Shown here in pieces: positions 9,642-19,519 of a DNA stretch of 64,000 nt. Where the stretch lies: assembly GCA_015064735.1 (NCBI GenBank), contig SVRP01000004.1, positions 12,800 through 76,799 on the forward strand. The letters are read 5' to 3'. Each line of letters begins with the position of its first letter. Position 1 is the stretch's first letter. The position numbers were made by a program, and so were the translations under genes. This stretch comes from Oscillospiraceae bacterium. GTDB lineage: Bacteria; Bacillota; Clostridia; Oscillospirales; CAG-272. The notes under the pieces are model-generated. The model did not search any database and had not been told where the DNA came from. It saw only the letters and a list, made by a program, of their open reading frames with translations.

Positions 9642-10175
9642 ATGCTGAAAAAGGGAGGATACGTCGTTTATCGTTCGGAAGGCGTTTGCATAATTTCCGA
9701 CGTGAGAGAGGAAAGCTTTGGCGCAATAGGACAAAAGGAAGAATATTATATTCTTACCCCTGTGAGTGATCCAAGGTCTACTGTGTACGTACCTGCAAAA
9801 AATGAGAAGCTCTGCGCATGTATGCGCAAATTGCTGTGCGCAAGTGAAATAATTGAGCTGTGTAATTCACTTAAAAATGAGAGGATCGAATGGTTGTCTG
9901 ACAGTCGCGGAAGAAATAATATATACAGAGATATTATATCCGCAGGAGATCGCAGAGATTTGATAATTCTCATCAATACCATTTTAGAAAAATCAGACGA
10001 TAACCGTGAGCATGGAAGAAAGATAGTGATAACAGACGAAAACGCATTGAAAAGAGCAAAGAAAATGTTATTCGATGAATTTTCGGCATCTACGGATATT
10101 TCGTCTGAGGAAGATATTATTCCATTACTTAAAGGAGAAATATCTCTCTCGGATAAAAAAATGCTTTTGCACTAA
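9642..10175 (+). CDS. CarD/CdnL-family transcriptional regulator-like protein
   Basis: MLKKGGYVVYRSEGVCIISDVREESFG..YYILTP resembles the CarD_CdnL_TRCF N-domain. ATG 9642 lies after the terminator, and the track start at 9546 (TTG) reads through that hairpin. Confidence 0.7.
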   Translation: MLKKGGYVVYRSEGVCIISDVREESFGAIGQKEEYYILTPVSDPRSTVYVPAKNEKLCACMRKLLCASEIIELCNSLKNERIEWLSDSRGRNNIYRDIISAGDRRDLIILINTILEKSDDNREHGRKIVITDENALKRAKKMLFDEFSASTDISSEEDIIPLLKGEISLSDKKMLLH

Positions 10176-10196
10176 TAAGTGCAAAAGCTTTTTTTT
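10163..10196 (+). terminator. intrinsic terminator overlapping the stop codon of 9642..10175
   Basis: GCTTTTGCAC-TAATAA-GTGCAAAAGC followed by TTTTTTTT. Confidence 0.65.
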
Positions 10197-11361
10197 ACCA
10201 ATTTGTATTCCAGCGTTGGTTATATTCCTTTTGTGAGCAACCGCTGTCCGAATCTATACTTTTTTGTGTTGACATAGCTCTTTTGCTATTGAGCATATCA
10301 AGATAAATTTCATCGTCAATGGGCAGGGAAACAGGCTTTTTCAACCATGCCGACATATATGCGGCATTGCATATAGAAAGCTCACAAATACCTTCCTCGC
10401 CATTTGCTATAAGCCGGTCGCCGTAAAGAATAGCACGTGTGAAATTCTTAATAATCTCAAGATGTCCGAAGTAAGGCTCGTCTGTTATCCTTGTAACAGA
10501 TGGCTTTATTTTTTCGGCTTCGGGATAGAGTCTGTACTTGGATTCGTCAACAGGAAGCTCGGTGAATTCAAGTACACCGTGCTCAATGACTATTTTGCCT
10601 TTGCTTCCCGATATTTCAAGTCGGTTAGTGCCGGGATAGTCTCCGGTAGAGGTTATAAATACCCCGGTAGCTCCGTTTTCGTATCTTGCGAAAATAGTCG
10701 CATCGTCCTCGACTTCAATTTGGTGGTATTTTGCCACGTCGCAGGCTGCGCTCACTTCAATAGGCATGCCGCATATCCATTGCCAGAGGTCGAGATTGTG
10801 GGGTGCCTGATTCATCAGTACTCCGCCGCCTTCACCGTCCCAAGTTGCTCTCCAATCGCCCGAATCGTAATAGCATTGCTTTCTGTACCAGTTGGTAATA
10901 ATCCAGACAGAACGCTTGATATCTCCGATTCTGCCCTCGCTAACCAAACGGCGAGCTTCACGGAAGAGCTTGTTGGTTCGCTGATTGAACATAACGGCGA
11001 AAATTTTACCGCTTTTCTTTGCGGCTTCCACCATTTCCTTTGCCGCCTTGCCGTAAACGCCGATTGGCTTTTCCGAAAGAACGTGCAGTCCGTGCTCAAA
11101 TGCCTTTACGGCGATAGGTGGATGATAGTAATGGGGAGTGGAGATGATTACGGCGTCAACAGAGCTGCTTTCAAAAAGGGAATCTGCATCTTCAAAAATC
11201 GGAACATCGGGATAAAGAGAAGCAAGCTCCGATCTCCTTTTAGCAGAGGTGTCGCAAAGAGCGCAAAGCTTGGCACCCTCAGCCTTTCCGGAATATATAC
11301 AGGAAGCGTGAGCGGAGCCGATGTTTCCTATGCCTATAATACCAATTCTTACAGTATCCAT
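10195..11361 (-). CDS. Gfo/Idh/MocA family oxidoreductase
   Basis: MDTVRIGIIGIGNIGSAH Rossmann motif and GDWRATWDGEGGGVLMNQAPHNLD C-domain motif. ATG 11361 is 1 nt after the upstream stop, so the track N-extension is rejected. Confidence 0.9.
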   Translation of the reverse strand: MDTVRIGIIGIGNIGSAHASCIYSGKAEGAKLCALCDTSAKRRSELASLYPDVPIFEDADSLFESSSVDAVIISTPHYYHPPIAVKAFEHGLHVLSEKPIGVYGKAAKEMVEAAKKSGKIFAVMFNQRTNKLFREARRLVSEGRIGDIKRSVWIITNWYRKQCYYDSGDWRATWDGEGGGVLMNQAPHNLDLWQWICGMPIEVSAACDVAKYHQIEVEDDATIFARYENGATGVFITSTGDYPGTNRLEISGSKGKIVIEHGVLEFTELPVDESKYRLYPEAEKIKPSVTRITDEPYFGHLEIIKNFTRAILYGDRLIANGEEGICELSICNAAYMSAWLKKPVSLPIDDEIYLDMLNSKRAMSTQKSIDSDSGCSQKEYNQRWNTNW

Positions 11362-11362
11362 A

Positions 11363-12541
11363 TCAGAAGGTGCTGTCCATATTGGAGACTGTGGATGTGT
11401 TAACGGCTGCTTTTCTTCGGGAGTTCTTCGCCTTTTCAAGGATCAGTTCCTTATATTTTGCGTGATCAAAGGACTTAACCTCTATATCGGAATCGGTCCA
11501 TGCGGAAAGATGCATTGCGTTTGAGATCGTAAGACCGTTTATACCCTCGCGTCCGTCGGCAACGAGGGGAGTACCGTGAAGGATATTAGCCGCAAAGGCG
11601 CGGAAAACACCCATATGCTGGGGATTCTGTCCGTCGGTTTCCACGTCTGACTTTACCATTTCGGGGTGTCCAAAGGGAATCTTGTTTGTAGCCGAGAACT
11701 CAGGCTCGGACACAGATGTTTTCCACATAGTAAGCGACGTACCGTCCTTTTCGTTTATGGCAATTATCTTGCCCTTTTCAAGGGTAACCTCAAATCTGTT
11801 GGTTCCGGGGAAATCGCCCGTTGTTGTAATAAATGTACCCGTGGCGCCGTTTGCATACTCAACGTAAGCCGTAACGTCGTCCTCAACCTCTATGTCGTGC
11901 CACTTGCCGAAATGAAGCTTTGCGCTTATTTTTTCGGGCATACCGCATATCCACTGCCAAAGGTCAAGATTGTGAGGACACTGGTTAAGAAGCACACCGC
12001 CGCCCTCGCCGCTCCACGTAGCTCTCCAATCACCCGAATCGTAGTAAGCCTGAGGACGGTACCAGTTGGTGATTATCCAGCTTGTACGGCGAATTTCTCC
12101 AAGCTCTCCGCTCTTGATTATCTCGCGCATTTTGCGATAGAGGCAGTTTGTGCGCTGATTCATCATAATAGCAAAGGTAACGTTACACTCGTCTGCTACC
12201 TTGTTCATTTCAAGCACCTGCTCGGTGTAAACTCCCGCGGGCTTTTCTATCATAACGTGAAGCCCCTTTTTCATAGCCATAATTGCGTAGGTAGGGTGGT
12301 CGTAGTGGGGAACTGCGACACAGATAGCATCAACAAGTCCCGAATCCATCATGGCCTCAGCATCGTCAAAGCGAGCAACGGCGTCGCCAAACTCCGCCTT
12401 CGCCCATTCAAGCTTTTCGGGCTTTATATCGCATACGGCGGTGAGAATTATTTCGTCTCCCGCTTCACCCGCGGTGATCTTTTTAGCATGGGACGAGCCC
12501 ATGTTTCCAAGTCCTATTATTCCAAGTCTTACTTTTTCCAT
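11363..12541 (-). CDS. Gfo/Idh/MocA family oxidoreductase (paralog of downstream gene)
   Basis: MEKVRLGIIGLGNMGSSH; GDWRATWSGEGGGVLLNQCPHNLDLWQWICGMP is nearly identical to the block in its neighbour. Confidence 0.9.
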   Translation of the reverse strand: MEKVRLGIIGLGNMGSSHAKKITAGEAGDEIILTAVCDIKPEKLEWAKAEFGDAVARFDDAEAMMDSGLVDAICVAVPHYDHPTYAIMAMKKGLHVMIEKPAGVYTEQVLEMNKVADECNVTFAIMMNQRTNCLYRKMREIIKSGELGEIRRTSWIITNWYRPQAYYDSGDWRATWSGEGGGVLLNQCPHNLDLWQWICGMPEKISAKLHFGKWHDIEVEDDVTAYVEYANGATGTFITTTGDFPGTNRFEVTLEKGKIIAINEKDGTSLTMWKTSVSEPEFSATNKIPFGHPEMVKSDVETDGQNPQHMGVFRAFAANILHGTPLVADGREGINGLTISNAMHLSAWTDSDIEVKSFDHAKYKELILEKAKNSRRKAAVNTSTVSNMDSTF

Positions 12542-12552
12542 AATAATACTCC

Positions 12553-13317
12553 TTAATTAAATCCTTGTGCTTTAAGATATTTGTAGCTTCTTGTAAGGCA
12601 GTCGAAGGGATTCTCGCCGTAGCAGTTATCCTGTTCAACCAGCATATATTCTACGCCAACCCTTTCGGCGACCTCAAATACGCGGTCAAAGTTTATGTTA
12701 CCCTCGCCCACAACAGCCATTCGCTGCTCTCTGCTAATGATGGCAAGATCCTTAAGATGAATGCACTCAACTCTGCCCGCAAGCTTTGAAAGATACGTCG
12801 CAGGGTCTACGCCTCCAACCTGCGCCCAATATGTGTCAAAGGTGATTCCGAAAAGATCGGCGGAGAAGTCCTCGCACATGCGGTCAAGATAAAGTATCCC
12901 GTTTTCGTCTCTTTCAAATTCAACGTGATGATTATGGTAGAAAAATTTATGTCCGTTATCCTTAAAGGCGTTTATTACGGGGGTGAATTTTTTTAGGAAT
13001 TCTGCATAGGCGCTAGGCATACCCGATTTTGTATTTTGCATCATGCCAAGGCCTATATTTCGACAACCGAATATATCGTGATCTCGGCAGACCTTTAATG
13101 GGTCATCCAGCATTTTATCGGGCTTTGTGTGAGTAAGGACACAGGAAAGCCCGTTTTTAGCTAACTCGTCGCGAAGCCATTCAGCCTCAAATTCGCAGGT
13201 TCCCGATACCTGAACGGTGGTGTAGCCAATGTCAGCAATCTTTTTTAAGGTTTCTGAAAAATCCTCAAGATTTGTTGCGAAATCTCTTACTGTAAAAAGC
13301 TGCGCGCCTATTTTCAT
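12553..13317 (-). CDS. sugar phosphate isomerase/epimerase family (xylose-isomerase-like TIM barrel)
   Basis: MKIGAQLFTVRD..., HNHHVEFE and IHLKD are typical AP-endonuclease-2/xylose-isomerase-like TIM features. 4-nt overlap with the upstream gene. Confidence 0.85.
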   Translation of the reverse strand: MKIGAQLFTVRDFATNLEDFSETLKKIADIGYTTVQVSGTCEFEAEWLRDELAKNGLSCVLTHTKPDKMLDDPLKVCRDHDIFGCRNIGLGMMQNTKSGMPSAYAEFLKKFTPVINAFKDNGHKFFYHNHHVEFERDENGILYLDRMCEDFSADLFGITFDTYWAQVGGVDPATYLSKLAGRVECIHLKDLAIISREQRMAVVGEGNINFDRVFEVAERVGVEYMLVEQDNCYGENPFDCLTRSYKYLKAQGFN

Positions 13318-14168
13318 GATTTTTCTCCTATTCTTTTAAGTATTGAATTAAGTGCGGAGCAAGCTGCATCAAATGCTTCGTCATTGGAAGCATATACCTT
13401 GACTCCCGTTTTTACCGACTCGCCGTTTTCAAGCTCGGAAAGCCCCGAAAATACCTTAAGATGAGGCTCAAGGGTCATAACCGAGCCCCCTCTGCTTACG
13501 TAGTCTGTAAGTATGCAGGGAATGTTTCCGAGCCCCTCGCCCGCGGGGACTACGGTGCCGTCCGCAAGAGCGTCCTTTATGTGAATATAATCTACGTAAT
13601 CACGAAGAACGGACCATGCTTCAAGGGTGTTGACACCGCACTGAATAAAGTTTGCGGGGTCAAATACAGCCTTGATTTTTGGAAGAGCCTTGTGGATTGC
13701 AAGACAGCTTTCTGTATTTTCACCGAAAATATTTTTCTCGTTTTCGTGGCAGAGAATAATGTGGTCGGGAGTCAGCTCGCAGAATCTGTCAAGACGTTCA
13801 ATAACCTTTTCAAGGCTTGCCTTTCTGTCCTCACCCTCAGCGGGGAAAAAACTGAAAAGTCTTATTCTCGATGCACCGAGAATGTCTGCGTATTCAAGAA
13901 TTCTTTTGAATTTTTCAATATGCTCGTCAAAATCTCCGTCAAGGGCAACCTTTCCGATAGGCGAGCCCATAGACCGTACGGATATTCCTCCGTCGTCAAG
14001 CTGCTTTCTGATCTCACGTGCCTTCTCGGCGCTTATTTTTGATATATTTACATTGTCAACTCCTCGTATTTCAAGCAGGGAAATGCCGTTTCTCTTTAAG
14101 GCTTCTATCTGTCCCGAAATGAAGGGGGATGCTTCATCGGCAAAAGCCGAAAGTCTTACGTTACTCAT
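13314..14168 (-). CDS. sugar phosphate isomerase/epimerase family (TIM barrel)
   Basis: LSAFADEAS..., CHENE, IHIKDA and LEPHL patterns of the same superfamily. Confidence 0.85.
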   Translation of the reverse strand: MSNVRLSAFADEASPFISGQIEALKRNGISLLEIRGVDNVNISKISAEKAREIRKQLDDGGISVRSMGSPIGKVALDGDFDEHIEKFKRILEYADILGASRIRLFSFFPAEGEDRKASLEKVIERLDRFCELTPDHIILCHENEKNIFGENTESCLAIHKALPKIKAVFDPANFIQCGVNTLEAWSVLRDYVDYIHIKDALADGTVVPAGEGLGNIPCILTDYVSRGGSVMTLEPHLKVFSGLSELENGESVKTGVKVYASNDEAFDAACSALNSILKRIGEKS

Positions 14169-14169
14169 G

Positions 14170-15000
14170 TTATACCCCCGAATAAGCCGAGAATCCGCCG
14201 TCTACGGGAATAACCACACCCGTAACGAAGGAAGACGCGCTGTTGTCGCAGAGCCAGTCAAGTGTACCGAGAAGCTCGGAGGGCTCTCCGAAACGCTTCA
14301 TGGGAGTAGCGCCGAGAATCTTTCCCGTTCGTGCCGTGGGTGTTCCGTCGGGATTGAAGAGAAGATCCTTGTTCTGCTTTGTAACGAAAAATCCGGGAGC
14401 TATTGCGTTAACTCTTATGCCGCAACCCGCAAAATGAACGGCAAGCCACTGAGTAAAGTTGGATACCGCGGATTTAGCCGCGCTGTATGCGGGAATCTTT
14501 GTAAGGGGACGGAATGCGTTCATGGAAGAAACGTTTATTATACATCCGTCTCGGTGAAGAAGATCGGGAGCAAATACCTGTGTAGGGAGAAGCGTTCCCA
14601 TAAGATTAAGACCGAATACGAAATCAAAATCGCTCTTATCGAGATTGAAGAAGGTTTTAATATCGGTTACGGTTTCGTCTCCTTCCTCGTAATATTCGTG
14701 CGCAGTTGTAGCTCTGGGGCTGTTTCCGCCCGCTCCGTTTATAAGTATATCGCACTTGCCGAAATCGGAATGTATGCTCTTGTGGACCTGCTCAAGACAA
14801 GCCTTGTCAAGGACGTTTACTTCATATGCCTTTGCGTGTCCGCCGTTTTTGTTTATTTCCTCCGCAACAGCATTAGCTGCCTCGTAATTTAAATCGAGAA
14901 GCGCAACAGATGCGCCCTGTTCAGCCAGATGAGTCGCAAAGGAAGAGCAGAGAACACCGCCCGCACCCGTAACTACAGCAATCTTATTTTCAAACAACAT
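14170..15000 (-). CDS. SDR family oxidoreductase, probable D-mannonate/fructuronate oxidoreductase by context
   Basis: TGAGGVLC glycine motif, NGAGGN, and catalytic YSAAK. Immediately downstream of uxuA. Confidence 0.8.
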   Translation of the reverse strand: MLFENKIAVVTGAGGVLCSSFATHLAEQGASVALLDLNYEAANAVAEEINKNGGHAKAYEVNVLDKACLEQVHKSIHSDFGKCDILINGAGGNSPRATTAHEYYEEGDETVTDIKTFFNLDKSDFDFVFGLNLMGTLLPTQVFAPDLLHRDGCIINVSSMNAFRPLTKIPAYSAAKSAVSNFTQWLAVHFAGCGIRVNAIAPGFFVTKQNKDLLFNPDGTPTARTGKILGATPMKRFGEPSELLGTLDWLCDNSASSFVTGVVIPVDGGFSAYSGV

Positions 15001-15002
15001 AA

Positions 15003-16061
15003 CTATCTGTCCTTTCTATTATTTGCGCGTGATTTTTCTATACCCTCAAAAAGACCTACTATATAGGTGGCTCCCAGAGCTCTGTCGTAAAGACCGTAAC
15101 CGTATCGACCCTTCTCACCCCATATCATCCTACCGTGGTCGGGGCGAACGTATCCGTCAAAGCCGTTTTCGACGAGAGCGTTGACTATTCCAAACATATC
15201 GAGAGAACCGCATTCGGTGGGATGTCCTACCTCATAGAACTGTCGCTCCGAGGTTATTTTTATATTGCGCAGATGCAGAAAATGAATTCTGTCCGCGTAT
15301 TTTGAAGCAAGGTAAACGAGATCGTTGTCGCTTGACGCACCGAGAGAGCCTGTGCAGAAGGTAAGTCCGTTTGCCCTTGAATCAACGATTTTAAGAAATC
15401 TGTCGTAATTCTTCTCGCAGGTGATGATTCTCGGGAGCCCGAAAAGTCCCCACGGCGGGTCATCGGGATGTATAGCCATGTTGACTCCCGCCTCCTCGGC
15501 TACCGGAATAACCGCCTTAAGGAATACTGACAGATTATTCCACAGATCCTCCTCGCTTACGTTTTCGTAAAGAGCAAGAAGATCTTTAAGCTCAGAAACA
15601 GTGTAGCTTTCGTCCCAACCCGGAAGAGAAAGCCCCCCCTCTGCGGGATTCATCGTAAGCAGAGTGGCATCGTCATATGCAAGGGAGTTGGCGCCGTCCT
15701 CGTGAATATGCTCAAGCTCACTGCGCAACCAGTCGAATACGGGCATGAAGTTGTAGCAAACGCATTTTACTCCCGCGCGTCCGAGCCTTCTGATATTTTC
15801 ACAGTAGTTTTCTATAAGCTTCGGCGCGTTCGGTCCGCCGTATTTTATTTCCTCAGGAACGGGAACACTTTCGACCACCTCAAATTCAAGCCCGTTCTCG
15901 TTTGCTCGATCCTTAAGCTTTTGAATACTTTCCTCGCTCCACACCTCACCGGGCTTTACGTCGTAGACAGCTGAGACGATACCGCTCATTCTCGGTATCT
16001 GACGTATTTGCTCAAGCGTTATGGGGTCGCTTTCTCCGTACCATCTGAAAGTCAGCTTCAT
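15003..16061 (-). CDS. uxuA: mannonate dehydratase
   Basis: MKLTFRWYGESDPITLEQIRQIP is the typical UxuA N-terminus. About 350 aa. Confidence 0.93.
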   Translation of the reverse strand: MKLTFRWYGESDPITLEQIRQIPRMSGIVSAVYDVKPGEVWSEESIQKLKDRANENGLEFEVVESVPVPEEIKYGGPNAPKLIENYCENIRRLGRAGVKCVCYNFMPVFDWLRSELEHIHEDGANSLAYDDATLLTMNPAEGGLSLPGWDESYTVSELKDLLALYENVSEEDLWNNLSVFLKAVIPVAEEAGVNMAIHPDDPPWGLFGLPRIITCEKNYDRFLKIVDSRANGLTFCTGSLGASSDNDLVYLASKYADRIHFLHLRNIKITSERQFYEVGHPTECGSLDMFGIVNALVENGFDGYVRPDHGRMIWGEKGRYGYGLYDRALGATYIVGLFEGIEKSRANNRKDR

Positions 16062-17428
16062 TTCTTTTCTCCTATAAGATTTTCAATATTTTCATAGCTT
16101 ACACGGTTTACAAGCGTGTAAAGTGTTTTTTCTTCAATGACTTCTCCGTTTTCGTAAAGCTCCGCGATATAAGAGCATAGAATACGACGGAAATAATCAT
16201 GGCGTGGATATGACAAGAAGCTTCTGCTGTCGGTAAGCATACCGTAGAAGGCTCCGATATATCCAATAGAGGAAACAGCCTCGAGAACCCTTATTATTCC
16301 TACCTTGTGGTCGTTAAACCACCAAGCCGCTCCAAGCTTTACGTTTCTGAAGCTTCCGGCAATAGACGCAAGCTCGTCGTTTGCGGAGGGGTTAAGCGTG
16401 TAAAGAATAGTTTCGGGGAGACCGCCCGAGAGATCCACCGCGTCAAGAATTCGAATAATATCCTTTCCGCATACCGCTGAGCCTACACAGTCGCATCCGC
16501 AGTCTGCACCAACCGTCTCAAAAAGGCGGCTGTTGGGATTTCTGTATGCCCCCAAATGGAGCTGCATAACAAGCCCGTGCTTGCGGTACAGAATCGCAAG
16601 GTCAACGAATATTCTGCCAAGGAATCCAAGATAAGCCGAATTGTCAGCCTTATTTCCCGAAAGAACATCCGAGAATGTATCGTTAGCCTCGTTGACCGAC
16701 GCAATTCTGTCGGGAAAATCGGCAATGCCCACGTCAGTAAAAATACAGCCTCTTTCCTTGAAAAAGAGAATGCGGGCTTCTGCCGCTAAGAGAAGGTCCG
16801 AATAAGAATTTATCTCCATGTTAGTCAGAGAAGAAAGCTTTTTTATATATTCCGAATACCCGTCTCGGTTTATTGTCATAAGATTGTCTGTCCTGAACGA
16901 GGGCGAAACGGTAATATCAAAGCTGCTGTCCTTTGCAATAAGGTCGTGGTATTCAAGAGTGTCGCATACGTCGTCGGTGGTGCCCACAAAGCGAACGTTG
17001 AATTTCTTCATGAGCTTTCGGGGAGACATATGGGTTTTGCGTATGTATTCGTTGGCTCTTTCGTATATTTCCTCCGCATTTTCAGAGCAAAGGGGAGTGT
17101 CTATGCCGAAGCAGAGCGAAAGCTCAGCCTGAGACCAGACCGAAAGCGGATTGCCGACAGCAAGAGGAAGAACAGACGCGTAAGCGATAAACTTTTCTTT
17201 CCAGCTTGCCTCACCGGTAATGTATTTCTCGTCCACACCTGCGCCTCTCATAAGACGCCACTTGTAGTGGTCTCCTCCAAGCCATATCTGCCCGATGCTT
17301 TCAAATTCCTCATCAAGATAGATTTCCTTTGGAGAGAGGTGGCAGTGATAATCGTATATGGGCATATCCTTTACCGATAAATATAGCTTTTCGGCAAGAG
17401 GAGAGTTGAGTAAAAGACTGGTTTTCAT
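16058..17428 (-). CDS. uxaC: glucuronate isomerase
   Basis: PIYDYHCHLSPKEI hallmark. About 456 aa. 4-nt overlap with uxuA. Confidence 0.93.
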   Translation of the reverse strand: MKTSLLLNSPLAEKLYLSVKDMPIYDYHCHLSPKEIYLDEEFESIGQIWLGGDHYKWRLMRGAGVDEKYITGEASWKEKFIAYASVLPLAVGNPLSVWSQAELSLCFGIDTPLCSENAEEIYERANEYIRKTHMSPRKLMKKFNVRFVGTTDDVCDTLEYHDLIAKDSSFDITVSPSFRTDNLMTINRDGYSEYIKKLSSLTNMEINSYSDLLLAAEARILFFKERGCIFTDVGIADFPDRIASVNEANDTFSDVLSGNKADNSAYLGFLGRIFVDLAILYRKHGLVMQLHLGAYRNPNSRLFETVGADCGCDCVGSAVCGKDIIRILDAVDLSGGLPETILYTLNPSANDELASIAGSFRNVKLGAAWWFNDHKVGIIRVLEAVSSIGYIGAFYGMLTDSRSFLSYPRHDYFRRILCSYIAELYENGEVIEEKTLYTLVNRVSYENIENLIGEKK

Positions 17429-17564
17429 ATTTTCTCCTTATAAGGCTACAACTTTAGTTATATTATACTAAAAAAATATATACAATGGAATTGCAAAAAT
17501 AATCTATTTTTATTGTATTTATGCGCATATTGTGATATAATAACAAAAAAAGAAAGGAGATATC

Positions 17565-18398
17565 ATGAAAAAATATAAAACAGAGGGATTATCATTCGCT
17601 CATTCGATAGATGAATCTCCCGATAATAAAAGCTTCAGGCTTCACGTTCACGACGATTATGAGATACTCTGCGTTGTTTCGGGGGGCGTAGGGTATATAG
17701 TAGAGGGCAAGGAATACGATCTTAGCCGCGGCAGTATTATGATAATGAGACGCGCCGAAATACATAGACTCGTTGTAAAGAAAAATGAAAAATACGAGCG
17801 CTATATAATAAACTTTTCTCCCGAGCTGCTTGAAAAATACGGATTTGACGTAAGCATTCTCGATGCGTACAATAACAGAGCACTGGGGGAGAAAAATCAA
17901 TATATGCCATCCGATCTTTCGGGTCTTGATCCAATAGGACATATGCGTCAGATGGCAGCGGTGCTTGACGTAACTCCTAACGAAAGCGTAGCGGTTGCCT
18001 ACACGGTGGCGTTGCTTTGTTCGGTCAATACGGCTTTTTATGCCAAAAATACGTCTCTCGGTAAACCGAGAGACGTATTTGAGGAGCGGATTGTTGACTA
18101 TATAAACGAGCACATTCTTGACGACATATCCCTTTCGGATATATCCGAGTCAATGCACATAAGCGTGTCTCAGCTCAACAGAGTGTTCAACAGAATGACG
18201 GGGATGTCGGTATATAACTATATCGTTTCCAAAAGACTGGTTTATGCACAGGGAATGATATCAAGAGGCGAGAGCGCCATAAATGCCTGTCAGACCTGCG
18301 GATTTAAGGATTATTCGTCATTTTACAGGCTATATAAAAAAAGATTCGGAACGTCCCCAACGGGAGCACAGAAGAAAAATATATCCTTTAAGGCTTGA
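17565..18398 (+). CDS. AraC family transcriptional regulator, divergent from the uxaC operon
   Basis: Cupin N-domain plus AraC HTH (SLSDISESMHISVSQLNRVFNRMTGMS...GFKDYSSFYRLYKKRFGTSP). Confidence 0.9.
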   Translation: MKKYKTEGLSFAHSIDESPDNKSFRLHVHDDYEILCVVSGGVGYIVEGKEYDLSRGSIMIMRRAEIHRLVVKKNEKYERYIINFSPELLEKYGFDVSILDAYNNRALGEKNQYMPSDLSGLDPIGHMRQMAAVLDVTPNESVAVAYTVALLCSVNTAFYAKNTSLGKPRDVFEERIVDYINEHILDDISLSDISESMHISVSQLNRVFNRMTGMSVYNYIVSKRLVYAQGMISRGESAINACQTCGFKDYSSFYRLYKKRFGTSPTGAQKKNISFKA

Positions 18399-18401
18399 CC
18401 G

Positions 18402-19379
18402 TCAAAATACGTCGTGGCTATCAAAAAAGTCTGAAACCTCGCGCTCGTATCCATCCTTGTCATCAAAATATGATGTGCCGTGAGAAGCAAAGGGAACTAT
18501 AAATAAACGCTTTTCCGAGGCGCAGGCACGGTAATTCTCATAGGTCATTTCTACGGGAACAAATCTGTCGGAAGAGCCGTGTATGAAAAGGATAGGCGTT
18601 TTGCATTTTTTCATGGCATCAAGAGTGGAATATCCGTCGGGAGACATATGAAGCTTCTTTTGACATATTTTCCGGACCATGGCAGTTTGAATTCCACCGT
18701 ATGGTAAATGAAGATTTTTATTAATAACGTGCTTCCATATAGCGTGGGGGGATGTAAAGCCGCAGTCGGCAATTACACCTCTCACGTTTTTTGGCAGCTC
18801 AAAGCCTGCAGTCATGAGAACGGTAGTAGCTCCCATAGAAACTCCGCAAAGATATATCGGCAGCTTGGCAAGCTCCTTGCGGCTGTTGATATATTTTATC
18901 CACTGAAAACAGTCAAATCGCTCGATAAGACCAAAGCCGATATACTGTCCGCCGCTTTCATTCTGACCTCTTTGCTCAATATAAAGCACGTTACATCCGT
19001 TGGAGTGGAAGAATTCACAAGCCCCTCCGAAATCCTTTGCCCACGTGGTTCTCCAACCGTGGACAGCGATTACCGTGCGTAATGCACCTTCGCAAATATA
19101 AAGATGACCGACAAGGCGCGCTCCGTCCTGCGCCGTTATGCTTACCCTTTGACAGTTGCATCTGAGAAGCTTGTGCGCGCTTCCTCTGCATTCTGTTTCG
19201 ATTCTCTCAATATCCTTGCATCCGGAAATGATTCTTTTGCATCTCATACCGGGATTTACCTTGAGATTTCTGTCAAGGGCAAGCTTTATCAGCGTATGGG
19301 TCATAAGTATCGAGGATATTCCTGCAATACCGAGGATAGCAGAAGATCCGGCAAGAGCAATTTTAGAATTTCTGTTCAT
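18402..19379 (-). CDS. alpha/beta hydrolase with N-terminal membrane anchor
   Basis: N-terminal TM segment (IALAGSSAILGIAGISSILM), nucleophile elbow GVSMG, and C-terminal HG. Confidence 0.8.
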   Translation of the reverse strand: MNRNSKIALAGSSAILGIAGISSILMTHTLIKLALDRNLKVNPGMRCKRIISGCKDIERIETECRGSAHKLLRCNCQRVSITAQDGARLVGHLYICEGALRTVIAVHGWRTTWAKDFGGACEFFHSNGCNVLYIEQRGQNESGGQYIGFGLIERFDCFQWIKYINSRKELAKLPIYLCGVSMGATTVLMTAGFELPKNVRGVIADCGFTSPHAIWKHVINKNLHLPYGGIQTAMVRKICQKKLHMSPDGYSTLDAMKKCKTPILFIHGSSDRFVPVEMTYENYRACASEKRLFIVPFASHGTSYFDDKDGYEREVSDFFDSHDVF

Positions 19380-19449
19380 GGCTTTCTCCGTAAAATAATC
19401 AAAACTTATAATGTATTTTTATCATTACGGAAATATTTATCCATTGTAA

Positions 19450-19497
19450 AAAAAGGAAACGCGCTGTCTTAAATGTTAAAAGGAGACAGCGCGTTTT
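19450..19497 (-). terminator. intrinsic terminator of the lipid kinase gene
   Basis: AAACGCGCTGTCT...AGACAGCGCGTTT hairpin. The T-run lies on the minus strand (complement of the A-run 19448-19454). Confidence 0.75.
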
Positions 19498-19519
19498 TAC
19501 AGATTATATTTTAATTAAT

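Noticed and set aside
10462-12556. Long plus-strand ORFs (313 aa and 296 aa) opposite the two Gfo/Idh/MocA genes
   Set aside because: Antisense shadows of strongly supported minus-strand genes. No RBS or family motifs.
13672-14892. 406-aa plus-strand ORF spanning two annotated minus-strand genes
   Set aside because: It crosses a gene boundary of the opposite strand and has S/R/L-rich, shadow-like composition. The minus-strand TIM-barrel and SDR frames have clear motifs.
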